The position numbers and the translations under genes were made by a program. The notes beneath the pieces were generated by a model that saw only the letters and a list, made by a program, of their open reading frames with translations, was not told the DNA's origin and did no database searches. 64,000 nt of DNA from Camelus dromedarius (lineage: Eukaryota): contig NC_087436.1 of assembly GCF_036321535.1 (NCBI RefSeq), forward strand, positions 26,662,001 through 26,726,000, written 5' to 3'. This document shows positions 48,399 through 62,324 of the stretch, one piece after another (within the stretch, counting starts at the first letter, position 1; every line of letters begins with the position of its first letter).

Positions 48399-51300
48399 GG
48401 GGCAGTGGATCAGTAGCTTCAGTGGGGTTGGATTAACATGAGCATCTCAGGAGTTTGGGAAGGACAGGCCTGATAATGAAATACAATGAACACACCACTA
48501 AGAGAGAATAAATGCAAAGGTCTATACTGTTGTGTGAATGACATTCTGTGAGCATCTTAGTGGTTGTGTTTTGTGGCTCAGAGTAAACAGAAGTTGAAGT
48601 TTGCCTTTGTAATCATAAAATTCTCAGAACACACATTCTATATGCCTTTTCTCTAAGGTTACAGAGAGTGCAAATACTATTGATGAATCCTTAAAAGCAT
48701 AAGAAATGGGGGAAAAGATAAAATATTGCCACTTAATATTCAGCCAAAATACTATCTTTATACAAACCTTTTTTTGAACACTTTTTAAGAGAAGTTTTCT
48801 TTTTACAAAAAAATTAAGAGGAGGGTACAAAGATTTCTTATATACAGCTGGCCACCACACATGGATGCTGGTGTGTTGACAGGTTTTGTGGTGGAAGGCT
48901 AGATGATCAGATGCTTTCAAATGCTCATTTATATTTTCTAAATTATATGGCAAAAGCATCAGGTAAGAGTAAGTAGAGTTCAAACGATGTTGGAGTACTG
49001 AAGACAGAGATATAACAGTCATTTAGGACAGTGAGAAAGTGAGTATGCCAGGAAGTGAAATAGTCTTGCCAGAAATATATTTAAGACTAGTGAAAAGATA
49101 TCTCATATTCCATGATTTAAAATGGGATCTATTAGTGCCATCATCTCCAGAAACAAACCAGAGTTTCTGTACATGCATCAGAAATATTTTTAAGCAATTC
49201 ATGAAATCATTAAAAATGTGAAATGAAGGAAGTGTGGGGGGTGGGTGGGGAGAGAGGAAGGCCAATAATCTTGAGAGTATTTTGAAATAAGTTATCTGTG
49301 AAAGGCTGAATTACAAGCAAGCATTACTTTCTTCTTTATCTAATCTTGTATTCCTTCAGTATTTGAAAATGAGAAGCACTTTATAATAAAAACAGTTGAG
49401 AGAGGAGAGGGAGAGAGATTTCTCAATGATCCTGTGCAATCTTTTGCAGAAGATTTAGTACGATACCCACTTCCCTTCCTGATATAAAAAATTGTGCTGT
49501 CAAATTATTTCAAGTTCTCAACTGCAATGGATGAAGTTGAATCTAGCATAGTAAAAATGTCATCACTTGCTAATCTGTACTTGAAATTTTCATTATGCTA
49601 TATTTTGTAGTTGTTTTTGGCTGAAGGCATGAATTTATGGCTACTCTGTCCCAAAGCCACTGGGTGTATACAATTTTTTTTTTTTTTTACTAATTTGTAT
49701 TTCCCAAGACCTGTGGAAGTTGCTTTATGAAATAATTTTCCAATATCCCATGCTTCCACACATATTTTATTAATTTGTTTTGTTATATTGTTTTTTTCTG
49801 AAAATGATTTTTATATTCTTTTATGTTAATAAAAATTTATATAGTTTACAGGAAGTTACTACTTTAATGAATAGGACATTTGAAATAGCTGTTTAGAGAT
49901 TTTTTTTCATAAGTACACCTAAAATTATATGGGGGAGCCTGGAATATTTGTATCTCAGGTGAAAAATGCTACAAGTTACTTTGTAAAATAATGTCAGTAA
50001 CTAATCATTATATATACAGATATTCTTTTCCACACTTTTCCCTACTTTACCTCCATAAAGAATAAACTCAAGCTAATTGTTTTAAAATTTAATTTTTTTA
50101 TATTAAGAATGTATTTTAAGGAAGCAAGAACCAAAGATCCCTTTAAGAGATTTGTCTGAATAAAGATTATTAAGAGTGTGAACAAAGGTATACAAGAAAA
50201 AGTAATATGGTTTACTAGTTAAGAGTGTAATCTTCCAATCTCTTCAATTTGTCCCTTCCCCCTCCCTGCCACTATACTACTCACCTCAGCCAAAAAAAAA
50301 TACCCTGAACCTATTTAGGGAGCACAGTCTTACTGTTTTGATGCTAAATATAATAAGCATATTTTCATTATCATTACTACCAAAATCTAGATGAAATTAA
50401 AAATCTGCATTCAATTGCATTCGGTAGGTAAGCATCTCAAACTGGCAAAGAATTAATGAAGAAGTTTCTGTGAAGGGGAATATTTAAATAAGGGTGAAAA
50501 ATGAGATAGCTGTTGCTGTGATTTAAAAGACTGTTAGTTAATTCTATAAGGTCATTAAAAATATACTTCACTAAAGTAGAAAGTTCTTTTTAAAAGCATT
50601 ATTTTAATATGCCAAAACTATCTCTTTATAAACTTGCACAATGATCTTTGTCTGTATGTTAGCATAAATGACAAAGTGAATAATGTAAGAAAAAGTCTCT
50701 ATTGATTGCTATCCAGGACAGCCAGCCTATTATTGGAATCTATATAAATCATCTCTTCCTAAACTAATGTATGTCTTGGAGCTATAGTCAACTTGATAAA
50801 AGCTAATTCGGAGAAAACACATTTTCTATGTGTCCTTGATGGTATAACTGTTAGTCTATTCCTCACCAAATAATAATGACAGTGTTTTGAATATGTAAAA
50901 ATCCATGAATAATGAATTTTGGTCTTAGCTTTTTATAGTATCTTAAAAATAGGAACATGTAATTTCTTTTCCCTCATCTTAGTTGGGGGGCTTTTCTTTA
51001 TGGAGTGCATGGTCTATCTAATTCATATGCCATGTATTTTACAACATTATATTTGTACCTTTTAAATAATTTAATGATGAGAGTTAATCATTCAAAATTA
51101 TTCTTCCTTTTTATTTTTATTCTTTAGTGTTCACTATAAAGTTAACCATTATACAGGCATAAACTTTAGCTCATTCTCAATTAAAAATTTAAAATATGAA
51201 TTTATTGTCTGATTAAGTGGCCATATAGCTTAGTTACTGTCAATGAGCCACAAGAGTAAGTCTCATAGAACTAAAATGGTTTCTGGTGTATATTCAGGTT

Positions 51301-51709
51301 CCTGGTAATGGTTAAAATTATTTTTATTCCAGTTTCCAAGGCTTTTCACCTATTCTTTCTACTTCCTTTCTAAAAATACGTTACATTTCTTTGAGATGGG
51401 CAACCCAAAAGGTCAAATAAAGGCAACATACACAGGAGAGTGAAATAATTAAGAGAACTAGGTTCTTAATGACATTTGTGGCACTGTGTCAACTATGACA
51501 TTTCGGATCTCTGATCTCTAATTATGTAAAACAATTCAATGCTTTTAATAACGACAGTGGCAAGTAGTCTGTTAATTTGTGAACCAAATCATTCCTGATA
51601 TATTTCAATATTAGACCTGATCTCAAATAGATCTATCACAATAGATAAAAATTTCTTCCATTCTGCAGGATTGGCATTAGAGGATGTATGAGTAGATCAA
51701 ACAATTTTT

Positions 51710-53036
51710 TAAATTTGTTTTTTATTAAAGTACCATCAGTTTACACTGTTGTATTAATTACTGGTATACAACAAAGTGATTCAGTTATATACATATTCCT
51801 TTTCATATTCTTTTTCATTATAGCCTATTACAAGATATTGAATATCTTGTTCCCTGTGCTATACAGAAGCTTGTTTATCTACTTTATATATAGTAGTATC
51901 TGTAAACCCCGAACTCCCAATTTATTCCTCTGCCTATCCCTTTCCCCCAGTAACCACAACTTTGTTTTCTGTGAATCTGTTTGTTTTGTAAATACATTCA
52001 TGTCATTTTTTAAAGATTCCACATATTAGTGATGTCATATGGTATTTTTCTTACTCTTTCTGGCTTACTTCACTTAGTATGACAATCTCCAAGTCTATCC
52101 ACATTGCTACAAATGGCATTATTTTATTCTTTTCTATGGCTGAGTAGTATTCCATTGTATAAATATACCACATCTTTATCCAATCATCTGTCAATGGACA
52201 TTTAGGTTGTTTCTATGTCTTGACTATTGTAAACAGTGCTGCTATGAACATTGGGGTGCACGTATCTTTTCAAGTTAGAGTTCCTTCCAAATATATGCTC
52301 AGGAGTGGGATTGTTGGATCACATGGTAAGTCTATTTTTAGATTTTTAAGGAATCTCCATACTGTTTTCCATAATGTCTGCACTAAACTACATTCCCACC
52401 AACAGGTAGGAGGGTTCCCTTTTTTCCACACCCTCTCCAGAATTTGTTTGTGGACTTTGTAATGATGGCCACTCTGAGTGGTGTGAGATGATACTTCATT
52501 GTAGTTTTGATTTGTATTTCTCTGTTAGTGATATTGAGCATTTTTTCATGTGCCTTTTGGCCATTTGTATATCTTCACTGGAGAAGTATTTGTTCAGGTC
52601 TTCTGCCCATTTATTGATTGGGTTCTTTATTTTGTTTTTATTATTGAGTTGTATGGGCTGTTTGTATATTTTGGAAATTAAGCCCTTTTCAGTTGCATTG
52701 TTTGTAAATATTTTCTCCCATTCTGTAGGTTGTCTTTTCATTTTGTTTATAGTTTCCTTTGCTGGGCAAAAGCCTGTAAGTTTAGTCAGGTCCCATTTGC
52801 TTATTTTTGCTTTTATTTCTATTGCCTGGGTAGATTGCCCTAGGAAAACATTGCTAAGATTTATGTCGGAGAATGTTTTGCCTATGTTTTCCTCTAGGAG
52901 GTTTATAGTATCTTGTCTTATGTTTAAGTCTTTAAGTCATTTTGAGGTTTTTTTTTTGTGTATGGAGTGAGGGAGTGTTCTAACTTAACTGATTTACATG
53001 TGACTATCCAACTTTCCCAACACCACTTGCTGAAGA
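51710..53036 (-). mobile_element. 5'-truncated LINE-1 (ORF2 C-terminus and 3'UTR) with a 14 bp TSD
   Basis: ORF 52496-52741 ([34 protein letters not shown]). Flanks ATCAAACAATTTTT and ATCAAATGATTTTT. Confidence 0.96.
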
Positions 53037-53468
53037 AGCTATCAAATGATTTTTGAGCAAACTATCAAGTCCTTATGAGCTCCATATTCCTTTCTAAGCA
53101 AGGTTATAGGGATTGCTCCTACTAATTAGCTGTGTGCTACATGATTAAGAGATGGCTTGCAGCTACATGAGGGGCAAAGGTGTCTAAAGCAATGATGAAA
53201 ACTCAGGAGATAAAAGATGGAAGGCCAGTATGCATACTTAAAAGAAACTCACAATGACCAAACAGGTGAAAAGCACTCAGTCATATGAATGGGATAGTGA
53301 GTGAGCTCCCCTGTGATGGCCAGGTTATGTCCTCATGAATCCATGAAATCAACCCCAACATCACTCCAATGCCAAATCAAGCTGACCATAGTAATCGAAT
53401 AGGATCTTTCTTGAATTTTATTTTACTCTTTCCCACATCAATTTTAGATGATCTATTAAATGAGGGAT

Positions 53469-53795
53469 TATATTAGTTTTCAAATGCTGCTGTAACAAAT
53501 TACTACAAACTTAGAATCTTAAAATTACATACATTTATTATCTTACTGCTTGTAGGTCAGAAGGCTGAACTGCATTTCACTGAGCTAAAATTAAAGTGTT
53601 GCCAGGACTGTGTTTCTTTCTGGAAGCTACAGGGAAGAACTTGTTTCTTTGCATTTTCCAAAGTCTAGAGTTCTCCTGCATTCTTCAGCTCCTGAACCCT
53701 CTTCCATCTTAAAAGCCAGTAACACTGTGTCTGACCCTTCCTACACATCTCTCCCTCCCCCATCCCCTCAGTCTGCAAATCTCCATGTCTAAGAT
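53469..53795 (-). mobile_element. MLT1D-like LTR, partial
   Basis: ATTAGTTTTCAAATGCTGCTGTAACAAATTACTACAAACTTAG ... GAGCTAAAATTAAAGTGTTGCCAGGACTG. Confidence 0.85.
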
Positions 53796-54789
53796 TATTA
53801 CAGTGCAATTACAATTGAACTTCATAAAATATACACTAAGGCAACAAATTAAATCTTGGAAAAAATGTTAAGGCCTTTATGACCAACATTTTTGGATACA
53901 TGTATTTAACTCTATCATCGTCAAATGTGGGTTGTCTAATTTTAGTTATTTGCCAGTCTCAATTTTGTGTATGTTTACACAAGTACTATATTCATATAAA
54001 GAAAAATCCATAGCTTAAAATCCCAAACATTTCCTTTTACAGAAACTTATACTAGAATCCAGTTTTGTGGTATAATAAATGATATTTCAAGGAGAAAAAA
54101 ACCCTTGATACTTATTAAGTAAGAGGTTAAAATAAGGCAATATGAGTTTGGGATATATGGAGAATTCTTGCTAGTAATTTTTAAAACTTAAAGTCTAAAA
54201 CTATGCTAAAATTAAAAAAAGCTTATTAAATATAAAAAATGAATGAGGTAAATATACAAATATCTATATAGAGTGAGTTTAATAAAATACTAAGTAAAAT
54301 TTGGGAGAAAATAATTTCTGATTTGGTATTCAAGGCACATCAAGACATATATTAAATGTAATTTCTAAAATCAGTTCAAAAAACGACTCAATCTTTGAAA
54401 GAAATAGAGTTTGCTTAGATTATTTTAATGTTTTGTAACAACTTTCCATTGGCCACTAGAGCATTTGATATTTGAACTTTAGTTCTAATGCACAAAGTTC
54501 AATGAGCAGAAGAATGGAAATATCTAGAGACAGTAGTTATGACTTTTTTTTTCCTATTCACAAATGATGGTTATATGAATGTCCCTAAATCAGTGACTGA
54601 AAATAATAAACACATAATGTTCCAACATGATACAAATCTTATCAATACACTATTTCAAATTAGATTTCTTTTTTGCTGAATTGACTTTGATTTTTACAGT
54701 GACTGAATTAATTATGAATCCAGGCAGAGATTTTTCCATGAAACTATTGTTTATATAATTTCACTACATACCTTAACCAATGATGTCAA

Positions 54790-55330
54790 TTAATTATTGG
54801 CTAATACATGATGCTGAGCACTGTAACAGCTGTATTTTAGGGAAATATGATGTTAGATGAAAACATAGGCATTACTTGTTCCCTGGGAACCTCACATTCT
54901 TCTCAGGAGAAGAGACTAATACCTCAACAACTGGAGAACGTGCCTAATTAGATCGCTCATTAGAAACTATAAACTGCAGGACAATAAAGTGGCGTTCTAG
55001 CCAAGGGGACAGAAACAAGTACGGAATGGAATAATTAGGGAAAGATTCATAAAGTAGGTCATAGTTTGGATAAATCCTGAAAGAAAATAAAGAGAATAAA
55101 GAAGAAAATAATGGCAGGTGAGAGAGCTAATATATAATACATAGCAAAAGGTATGTGAGAAAAATGAAAAGGATGTATTTGGATTAAAATATATTTTGAG
55201 TAAGGTTATGAATAAATAGAGAGCAGTTTGTGAAGGATAAGAATGATTAGGTTATACGGGGCCATATAATTTTGAATTGATTCAACACATAAAATAGTTA
55301 ATAAGAGCAACAGGCTTTAAGCAAAATATT
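54790..55330 (-). mobile_element. L2 fragment
   Basis: CCCTGGGAACCTCACATTCT and TTAGGGAAAGATTCATAAAGTAGGT; purine-rich. Confidence 0.55.
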
Positions 55331-55834
55331 TTATCAGAAGTGTTGCAGTGGATTCTTTACACCAACTGTGCAAAATATTAGCTTCCATTTTTAAGGACTT
55401 GGTCATTTTGTAACACATTAGAAGAGACATCCACTATTTCAGCTAAGCCATATCATTTCAAATGAAAAGGTTTTGTAAAAATATTATGAAGTAAGAATTG
55501 CAATGTCAACTGTCAGGAATATTTTCTCCTTCAAGTGAATGGAACCTGGTATTTTTGATTCTTCTAATTTGTGTCATGTTCCCATGCAAAACAACATGTG
55601 TAAAAAAGTTAATAAAAATCACAGTTCTTAAATACTTGAAAACTTCTCTGTTGTATATAAAGCCAAGGTTCAAATTGTTTTAAGTATTAAAATTGCCATG
55701 GACTATTTAGTACTTTATTGACTTATAAACATACCAAGAATTACTTCAATAGGAATTCCAAATGAAATCCTAATTTAGCTCAGAAGCCTTTGAGGGGGCA
55801 GGGGAAGGTGGTGTCAAATGATCAAAATGTATAG

Positions 55835-56520
55835 GCAGTTTCTGTCTAGGATGTAGCAAACTGAACAGAATATCATTCCACACTTTGAATCAAAAAAGAG
55901 CAGGATAACAGATAAAGTGCGTACTTTTCTTGAAACCGTCAGAACATTGAGGTGCCAGGACAAACAGTTGCCTAAATTCCAGGAGGAAACAACCTTTTAA
56001 GTAGACAGTTCACTTGTACAGAGCATGGTAGCTAGTGGTGTGAGCCACCATCTAGGAAGGCAAGGAGAAATCCGCTGGAGTTTCAACAAAATGCTAAAGG
56101 CCAAGTGTGAGACAGTGCGATGTGCTAGGACCCCTGAGAACACCACACGGGAGGACTATTTGCAGATTGTTCTTCGTGAACGCCCATCTGTATTCAGGAG
56201 AAAGTCGAGGGAAGAGCAGGTAATCAGAGAGCCTGCCTCAGTGGGGTAGGGGTGTGGAGGGGATTGGCTGCAGGAAAGACACATCGCCTCAGCCTAGCCT
56301 GGATACTTCCTCATAGGACAGGGGAGAGACAAAACAAACAAGTCTGCCTTTGCAGCAGGGGCAGGAAACAGCCCTAGGCCCAGGATCCTGTAACATTACA
56401 AGCACACCATAGTTAACCTAAGTAACCACAAAACCCAAACCCAGCTCTGTATCTGCTTAGATTGACTCAAATCCATCACTTTTCGCCTTAATGCTCTGAC
56501 AGAAGTCAAAAACCAGGTGC
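55835..56520 (+). mobile_element. Possible ancient L1 5'-region remnant
   Basis: A GC-richer patch resembling old L1M 5' ends. Family uncertain. Confidence 0.4.
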
Positions 56521-59113
56521 TGGGTATAGGCTATGTTTGATGAGGAAGAACTGAATATTGATCAATAAATATACCATAATCAAAAATCCACTCTAATTAC
56601 GTATTTTCAGTTTTTAAGGTAGTTGAGACAGCTGAATATCTATTTGAATTATGTCTCTTTTCAGTTATTACAGAGCCTGGATTCAGACATTCTTACCAAA
56701 ATCTTCTGTCATCTTCATTCTTAGAATGTCTTTAATCACTCCACGGATGGTTATATTTAGAAATCTAATCTAAATCATATTGGCTAGCCTAGCTAGCAGA
56801 TTCTAGACAGAGAACAACCTGGTAATACACTACAGTGCATTTAGAAAATTTGTTATAAACGTGGTCATATCTTCCTAACATATGCAACAGGTTAAATTTT
56901 TCTGCCAGATGTGTGTGAGTAGTGGAAGGGTGTCGGGTGGAGTGTGGGGAGGGAGTTAGGAAGACTGCTAGTAAGCAATTTCGAAAAGTCAAATAACCAA
57001 TTCGCTACTAAACACAATATAGCTATTCTTATCTTGTTTTTTAAAAGTGGTTGAGGACACTAATAAAAGTTGTGTTCTAATGAGTTTAAGACACTCCTGA
57101 ATAACACTATGCCTTATACGTTTGCGAAACCAATTCGGTAGCAAACTTCCACTGAATTGTATTATATTTCCTATCTGTGCTGTTACACACAGTGGAATTC
57201 CCTTCAACATACACAACAACTAGGATTATTTGGTGCATTACTCCACCAGATCTTTACTTAAAAAAAAAAAGCATGACATTTACCAAGGAACTTTGATATC
57301 CAAGATGCATCAGTTGTGTGTTTTCTAAGGTGAGGATAAGCATCAGAACGAGAGGCCCTAAGGCAAGTGTGACAGGTTATCGGCTCTAATTACAATCAGT
57401 AGTTAGTGGTTCTCATTTCACAATAGGTACAATGTCTAATTTATTAGCAAGAGTATAGGTGCTAATTTTGCTTGTAAATGAAAAGAACAAGAGTTTTCAA
57501 ATTAAATCAAGCAGCTGCTTCACAGTCAGCAATACTAATAGCTACCAACAGAACTCCAAGCCATTACTCTAAATTGTTTAATGAACTGCTTTTAATAAGT
57601 AGTAAACTATAATCCTGGTTCCTTCAAAATGCTGGGCTGGAGCTTAGTTATTCAACTTTAATTGACCTCTCGGTAGCTCCCCTTCACTTATTAGAGTAGA
57701 AGGAGACAAGCTTTAAAAATGACATTGCACAGAGATTTATATACCAATATATTTAAATACATGCATACTGGGTATATCTGTGATTGACATTCATGTTTAT
57801 AATCTTTTATGTGTTCAGGCATTTTCTGCCTTTTTGTTTAGGATGTTTTTTAACTATATGTTTTAATTATGAAGGCCACTACTAGCCTACTCATTTCTGT
57901 CTATTCATTGTTACCCAAATAATATCCTCAGTTGATAAAAATGATGACGATGATAGAAAACAGTAAATATAATCTCAATTTTCACAGATAACTGGACACT
58001 TCACACCTTGAAAACAGCACAGAACTCTCTTTTAAATTTTATAGTTTGTAAAATACTGAAAAGTTTCATATCAGCCTATGTTCTGGTAATGGGAAACTTT
58101 CTTTCTTTTGGAAGAAAATTAAGATCTATCTACCGAGTCTAAAATAACTAGAACTACTTATCAAAATCTTAGATCATTATCAGAACTATTAACCACTCTT
58201 GCTTTATTACTTTCAAACATCAGTTTGAAAATTCAAATTTCAAGTAGGAACTCAAAAATACTCTGAATAAATAAAGTATGATAGCATCTCTCGTATCAAA
58301 ACTCTTTGGAGGTTTTTCCAATGAAATTTGGAAGCTTCATCTTTTGCCTGTCTTCTATAATTAAAGTCTGTTAACTTTCTAAGTCACATCCATAATGAAA
58401 CAATATATTTAAAACAAAAATAATTCATATTGTCACCATATTTAAAATTATATCTGGAAAAATTAGATGGCTTTAGTCATAAAACTGATTACCAACAAAT
58501 ATAAGTTCTATCTACAGCACACGCAGAATTTTTGACAACTGTATCAGTTAAACACAAGAAATACACACTTTATAGTAAGTGTATTAAGGTTTTTTTTTTA
58601 ACTAATTTTTTTTTCTGTTCAGAATTTACAGTGAAGGAATTAAGAGGCAGAGACATAAATACATTATAATTTTTGACCCAAAATTGTCACCTGGAAAGTG
58701 TTACTGAAAATTTATCAGAGAGGAGCAGACCAGGCACTCTTACCAGCCATCAGGTGATTTTTATCATATGAAAAACAGTAAAAGCTTAGAATTGTTTTGT
58801 TTTCTCTCCCAGTAGTCACAAAGGAAAATAGCTAAAAGCAATGTAGTATTTATAATAGCATTTAAAAATGCACATGAAGCAAAGATTAAGACAATTTTGA
58901 CTAATAAGTCTATATAGTGTTATATAGAACTAAAATAATGTTCAAACAGCATATATATGAAGATTTTTTGATAAAATTGTTGAATTACCAGTCTTCAAAA
59001 TTTATAATGTGGCTATTACTTGAAAACATACTGTTTATATAGTATTGGCTTTATTTCATAGATAGAACATTTAGAGCTGTATTTTCTTTTCCATAGATGG
59101 AACGGTTAGAAGT

Positions 59114-59756
59114 GTATTTCTTTTTTTCTTTTTTCGTTTTTTTTTTTAAATGTCTTGGTAACAAATTACCACAAATTTAAACAGCTTAAAACAACAAAAA
59201 ATTCTTACCTCACCATTTCCGTAGATCAGAAGTTCGGTACCACACGGATGGGATATCTTCTCAGGGGAATGCAAAGCTGACTCTCAAGGGTTGGTCAGGC
59301 CGAGTTCTTATCTCGGGGCTCTGGAAGAAGGCTGCTTCCAAGTTAAACTCCATAGCATTTAAGTTCCAGGCAAAACTCAGTTTTTTGCAGTTGCAGGACC
59401 GAAAGCACGGTTTCCTTTCTGACTCTCAGGAGGGCTGCTCCCAGGTCCTCCATTCTCCCGGACTCACTTGCCACAAGGTCCAGTTCACCTTCAAGCCAGA
59501 AAGGGCGCATCGTCTCTGAGTTCTCGTGTCTCGGACCTAGACCCAGATTTATAGAGTTTATGTGATTAGATCAGGCCCACCTGGATAACCTCACCCTTGT
59601 TAAGTCAGTTGATTTGGTAACTTAATTGTACCGGCAGAATTCCTTCTCAGAAGTACTGAGATTACTGTTTAATTGGATAATTGGGAAAAGGTGTGTGTAC
59701 GCAGGGGGTCTGGGGAATACTGTTTTGGAGATCGTCTTAGAGGTCTGCCCATAACA
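59114..59756 (-). mobile_element. MLT1E-like solo LTR
   Basis: GTAACAAATTACCACAAATTT..CAGCTTAAAACAAC, TGTGATTAGATCAGGCCCACCTGGATAA, and the end TCTTAGAGGTCTGCCCATAACA. Confidence 0.88.
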
Positions 59757-61459
59757 AGAACAACTCCATTTTTCCCAGATTGAATTCTTTCTTCGGAGGA
59801 AAATAGTTAAGTAAACCTACTTAGGAAAGTGTTCTGATATCAGGAAAGAGGATAAAGAATAAAGAAAACCAATCATGCTTACGTGGAGCCTCTATTTTCT
59901 ATTTTTCAGAGAGTAATAATAATAAATCCCTTGAACTGATGTGAACTGAAGGGGAGGAGTGGGTAGAAGAGGAAAGTGTCTGCTGTAACTGTGCATTTAG
60001 GTCCTGGTTAGTGTTTTTGAGATATTCAAATTAAAACATGTAATTTATTTTTAATTACTTCAGTTTTCTTGAACATAGCAATAGGACAATGTCATCTCTG
60101 GATTGATTAGGCTATATGTGTAATGAATATGACCACTTCAAAGGGAAACTTTCTCTCATTTTATATAAAATACAGAGGCAATAAATGCAACAGAGAGAAA
60201 CTTGATGGGTTACCATGAGTCAGTGTCCAACGCATCCTTACAGGTATTCAATACAGGTGTATCCTGTGGAAAATTGAAGAAGAAAAGGAAAACACACACA
60301 AAAAATGGATGAGGTACAACCATTTCTACATCCTATAATAAAGTAAGAGGAAATATATTCTTTAACATGAAAAACACAATTTTGTATGTTTGCCACTTAT
60401 CCTAAGCTCTACAGTGATTTCAGTCTTCTAATGTATTGCCAGAAACCAAACAAAAAATCCACTCCAGCAAGGCATTTAGAATCTGTTTTTTTAATATATA
60501 TATAAAAAAATGGAAATATATAATAAACAATAATTATATTCATATATATTTCAGCTGTATGAAATACATATGTATATATAATTTTATTTTCAATGGGAAT
60601 CTGATTTTTATTACAGGAATTATTTAATATTTAACATATGCCAAAATATACAAGTATCTCTCTTCTTAAAGTTTGGATAGATGAATCAATTATGCAATGA
60701 AATCTTAGTTTTTATTTCAGAGAATATTGTACTTCAGAGAATATTTTGCAGTATTGGCTATTACTGAATATTACTCACATATTTGACCAGAATAACTTTT
60801 TTCAGGCCTCTATCTTAATTATCATTGAAAAATTAATCATCTAGACACAGAAATCTTAGGAAGTTTTCTTCTTCTCATGTACAGTTAAGGAATGTACCAC
60901 ATTCAAGCTTATCTTTAGTTTGTAAAGATCTATTTCTGGTGAGAATTTACAAACAAAAATTGAGGATGTGAAATAAGTGTTTCATATTATTATTTTCTTT
61001 TTGAAAAAATCATTTTAGTATGGAAATTTCAAACGTGTAAGTGTAAACAGAAAGTATAATTAACATCTGTATACCCTTAAGCCAATACAAAAATTATCTA
61101 TATTCCACCATTCTTATTTTATCTATATCTGCTCCAAGTCCTGACCACCACTTGCTGAAGATGATGAGCATAATGATGATTAGTTACATATAATTTGCAC
61201 ATATTTAAATTCAGAACTTTTAGCTGTACTACAATTTTAAGAAATTAATTCATTCACTTGACCCACTCCACCAAACTTTCATTTTCATCTCTCACAAAAG
61301 GTTTCTACTTTTACTTCCTTGTCAATACTCTCAAACCTGCTAAGACAACTACTGATCTGTTTTTTTTTTTTTTTATGTTAAGTTAGTTTTGACTGTTCTA
61401 GGACTTCATGTAAATGGAGTTTTATAATTATATAAAATGAAATTGTACAGCATATATTC

Positions 61460-62180
61460 TTTTTATTGAGGTATAGTTGATGTACAATATTAAATACATT
61501 TCAAAGGTACAACATAGTGATTCATAATTTTTGAAGGTTATACCTCATTTACAGTTATTACAAAATATTGGCTATTTTCCCTGTACTGTACAATATATCC
61601 CTGTGGCTTATTTTTTTATACTTAGTAGTTTGTACTTCTTAACCTCCTATCCATGTCTTACCCCTCCCAGCTTCCCTCTCCCCACTGGTAACCACTAGTA
61701 AGTTCACTGTATCTGTGAGTCTCTTTCTATTTTGTTACATTCACAGTTTTAGTTTTTGGATTCCGCATATAAGCAGTATCACACAGTATTTGTCTTTCTC
61801 TGTCTGACTTTACTAAGCATAATACTCTCCAGGTCCATCCATATTGTTGCAGATTGCAAAATTTCATTCTTTTATGACTGAATAGTATTCTACTGTATAT
61901 ATATACACACACATCACATCTTTATCCATTTATCTGTTGATGGACACATCTGTCATCAACACATAGCTTCTGTATCTTGGCTATTGTAAATAATGCTGCT
62001 ATAAACATTGGGATGTATATATCTTTTGAAATTAGTATTTTTGTTGTCTTTAGCTATACACTCAGGAATGGAATTGCTGGATGTTGCAGTTCGGTTTTTA
62101 GTTTTTTGTGGAACCTCCATGCTTTTTTCCACAGTGACTACACCAGTTTATGTTCCCATCAACAGTGTACAAGTGTTCCC
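61460..62180 (-). mobile_element. Younger LINE-1 3' end nested in the older L1
   Basis: TTTTTATTGAGGTATAGTTGATGTACAATATT ... TTCCCATCAACAGTGTACAAGTGTTCCC. Confidence 0.9.
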
Positions 62181-62214
62181 TTTTGTGTCTGCCTTTTAAT
62201 ATCAACATGTCTTT

Positions 62215-62324
62215 TAAGGTACAACCATCCTGGTTTTCCTGGGACTGTGCTGGTTTTAGAACGGCAAGTCCCACATATCAGGAAGCACCTCAGTCCAGGT
62301 AAACTGGGACTGTTGGTCACCCTA
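62215..62324. mobile_element. MER81 (hAT-Blackjack MITE)
   Basis: CAACCATCCTGGTTTTCCTGGGACTG ... CAGTCCAGGTAAACTGGGACTGTTGGTCACCCTA is a near-palindromic MER81 layout. Confidence 0.88.

Noticed and set aside
54473..54502. Inverted repeat TTGAACTTT...AAAGTTCAA
   Set aside because: A 9 bp AT-rich stem is expected by chance.
60716..60745. Direct repeat TTCAGAGAATATT x2 (similar short duplications at ~3678-3702 and ~18448-18480)
   Set aside because: These are ordinary slippage duplications with no array structure.
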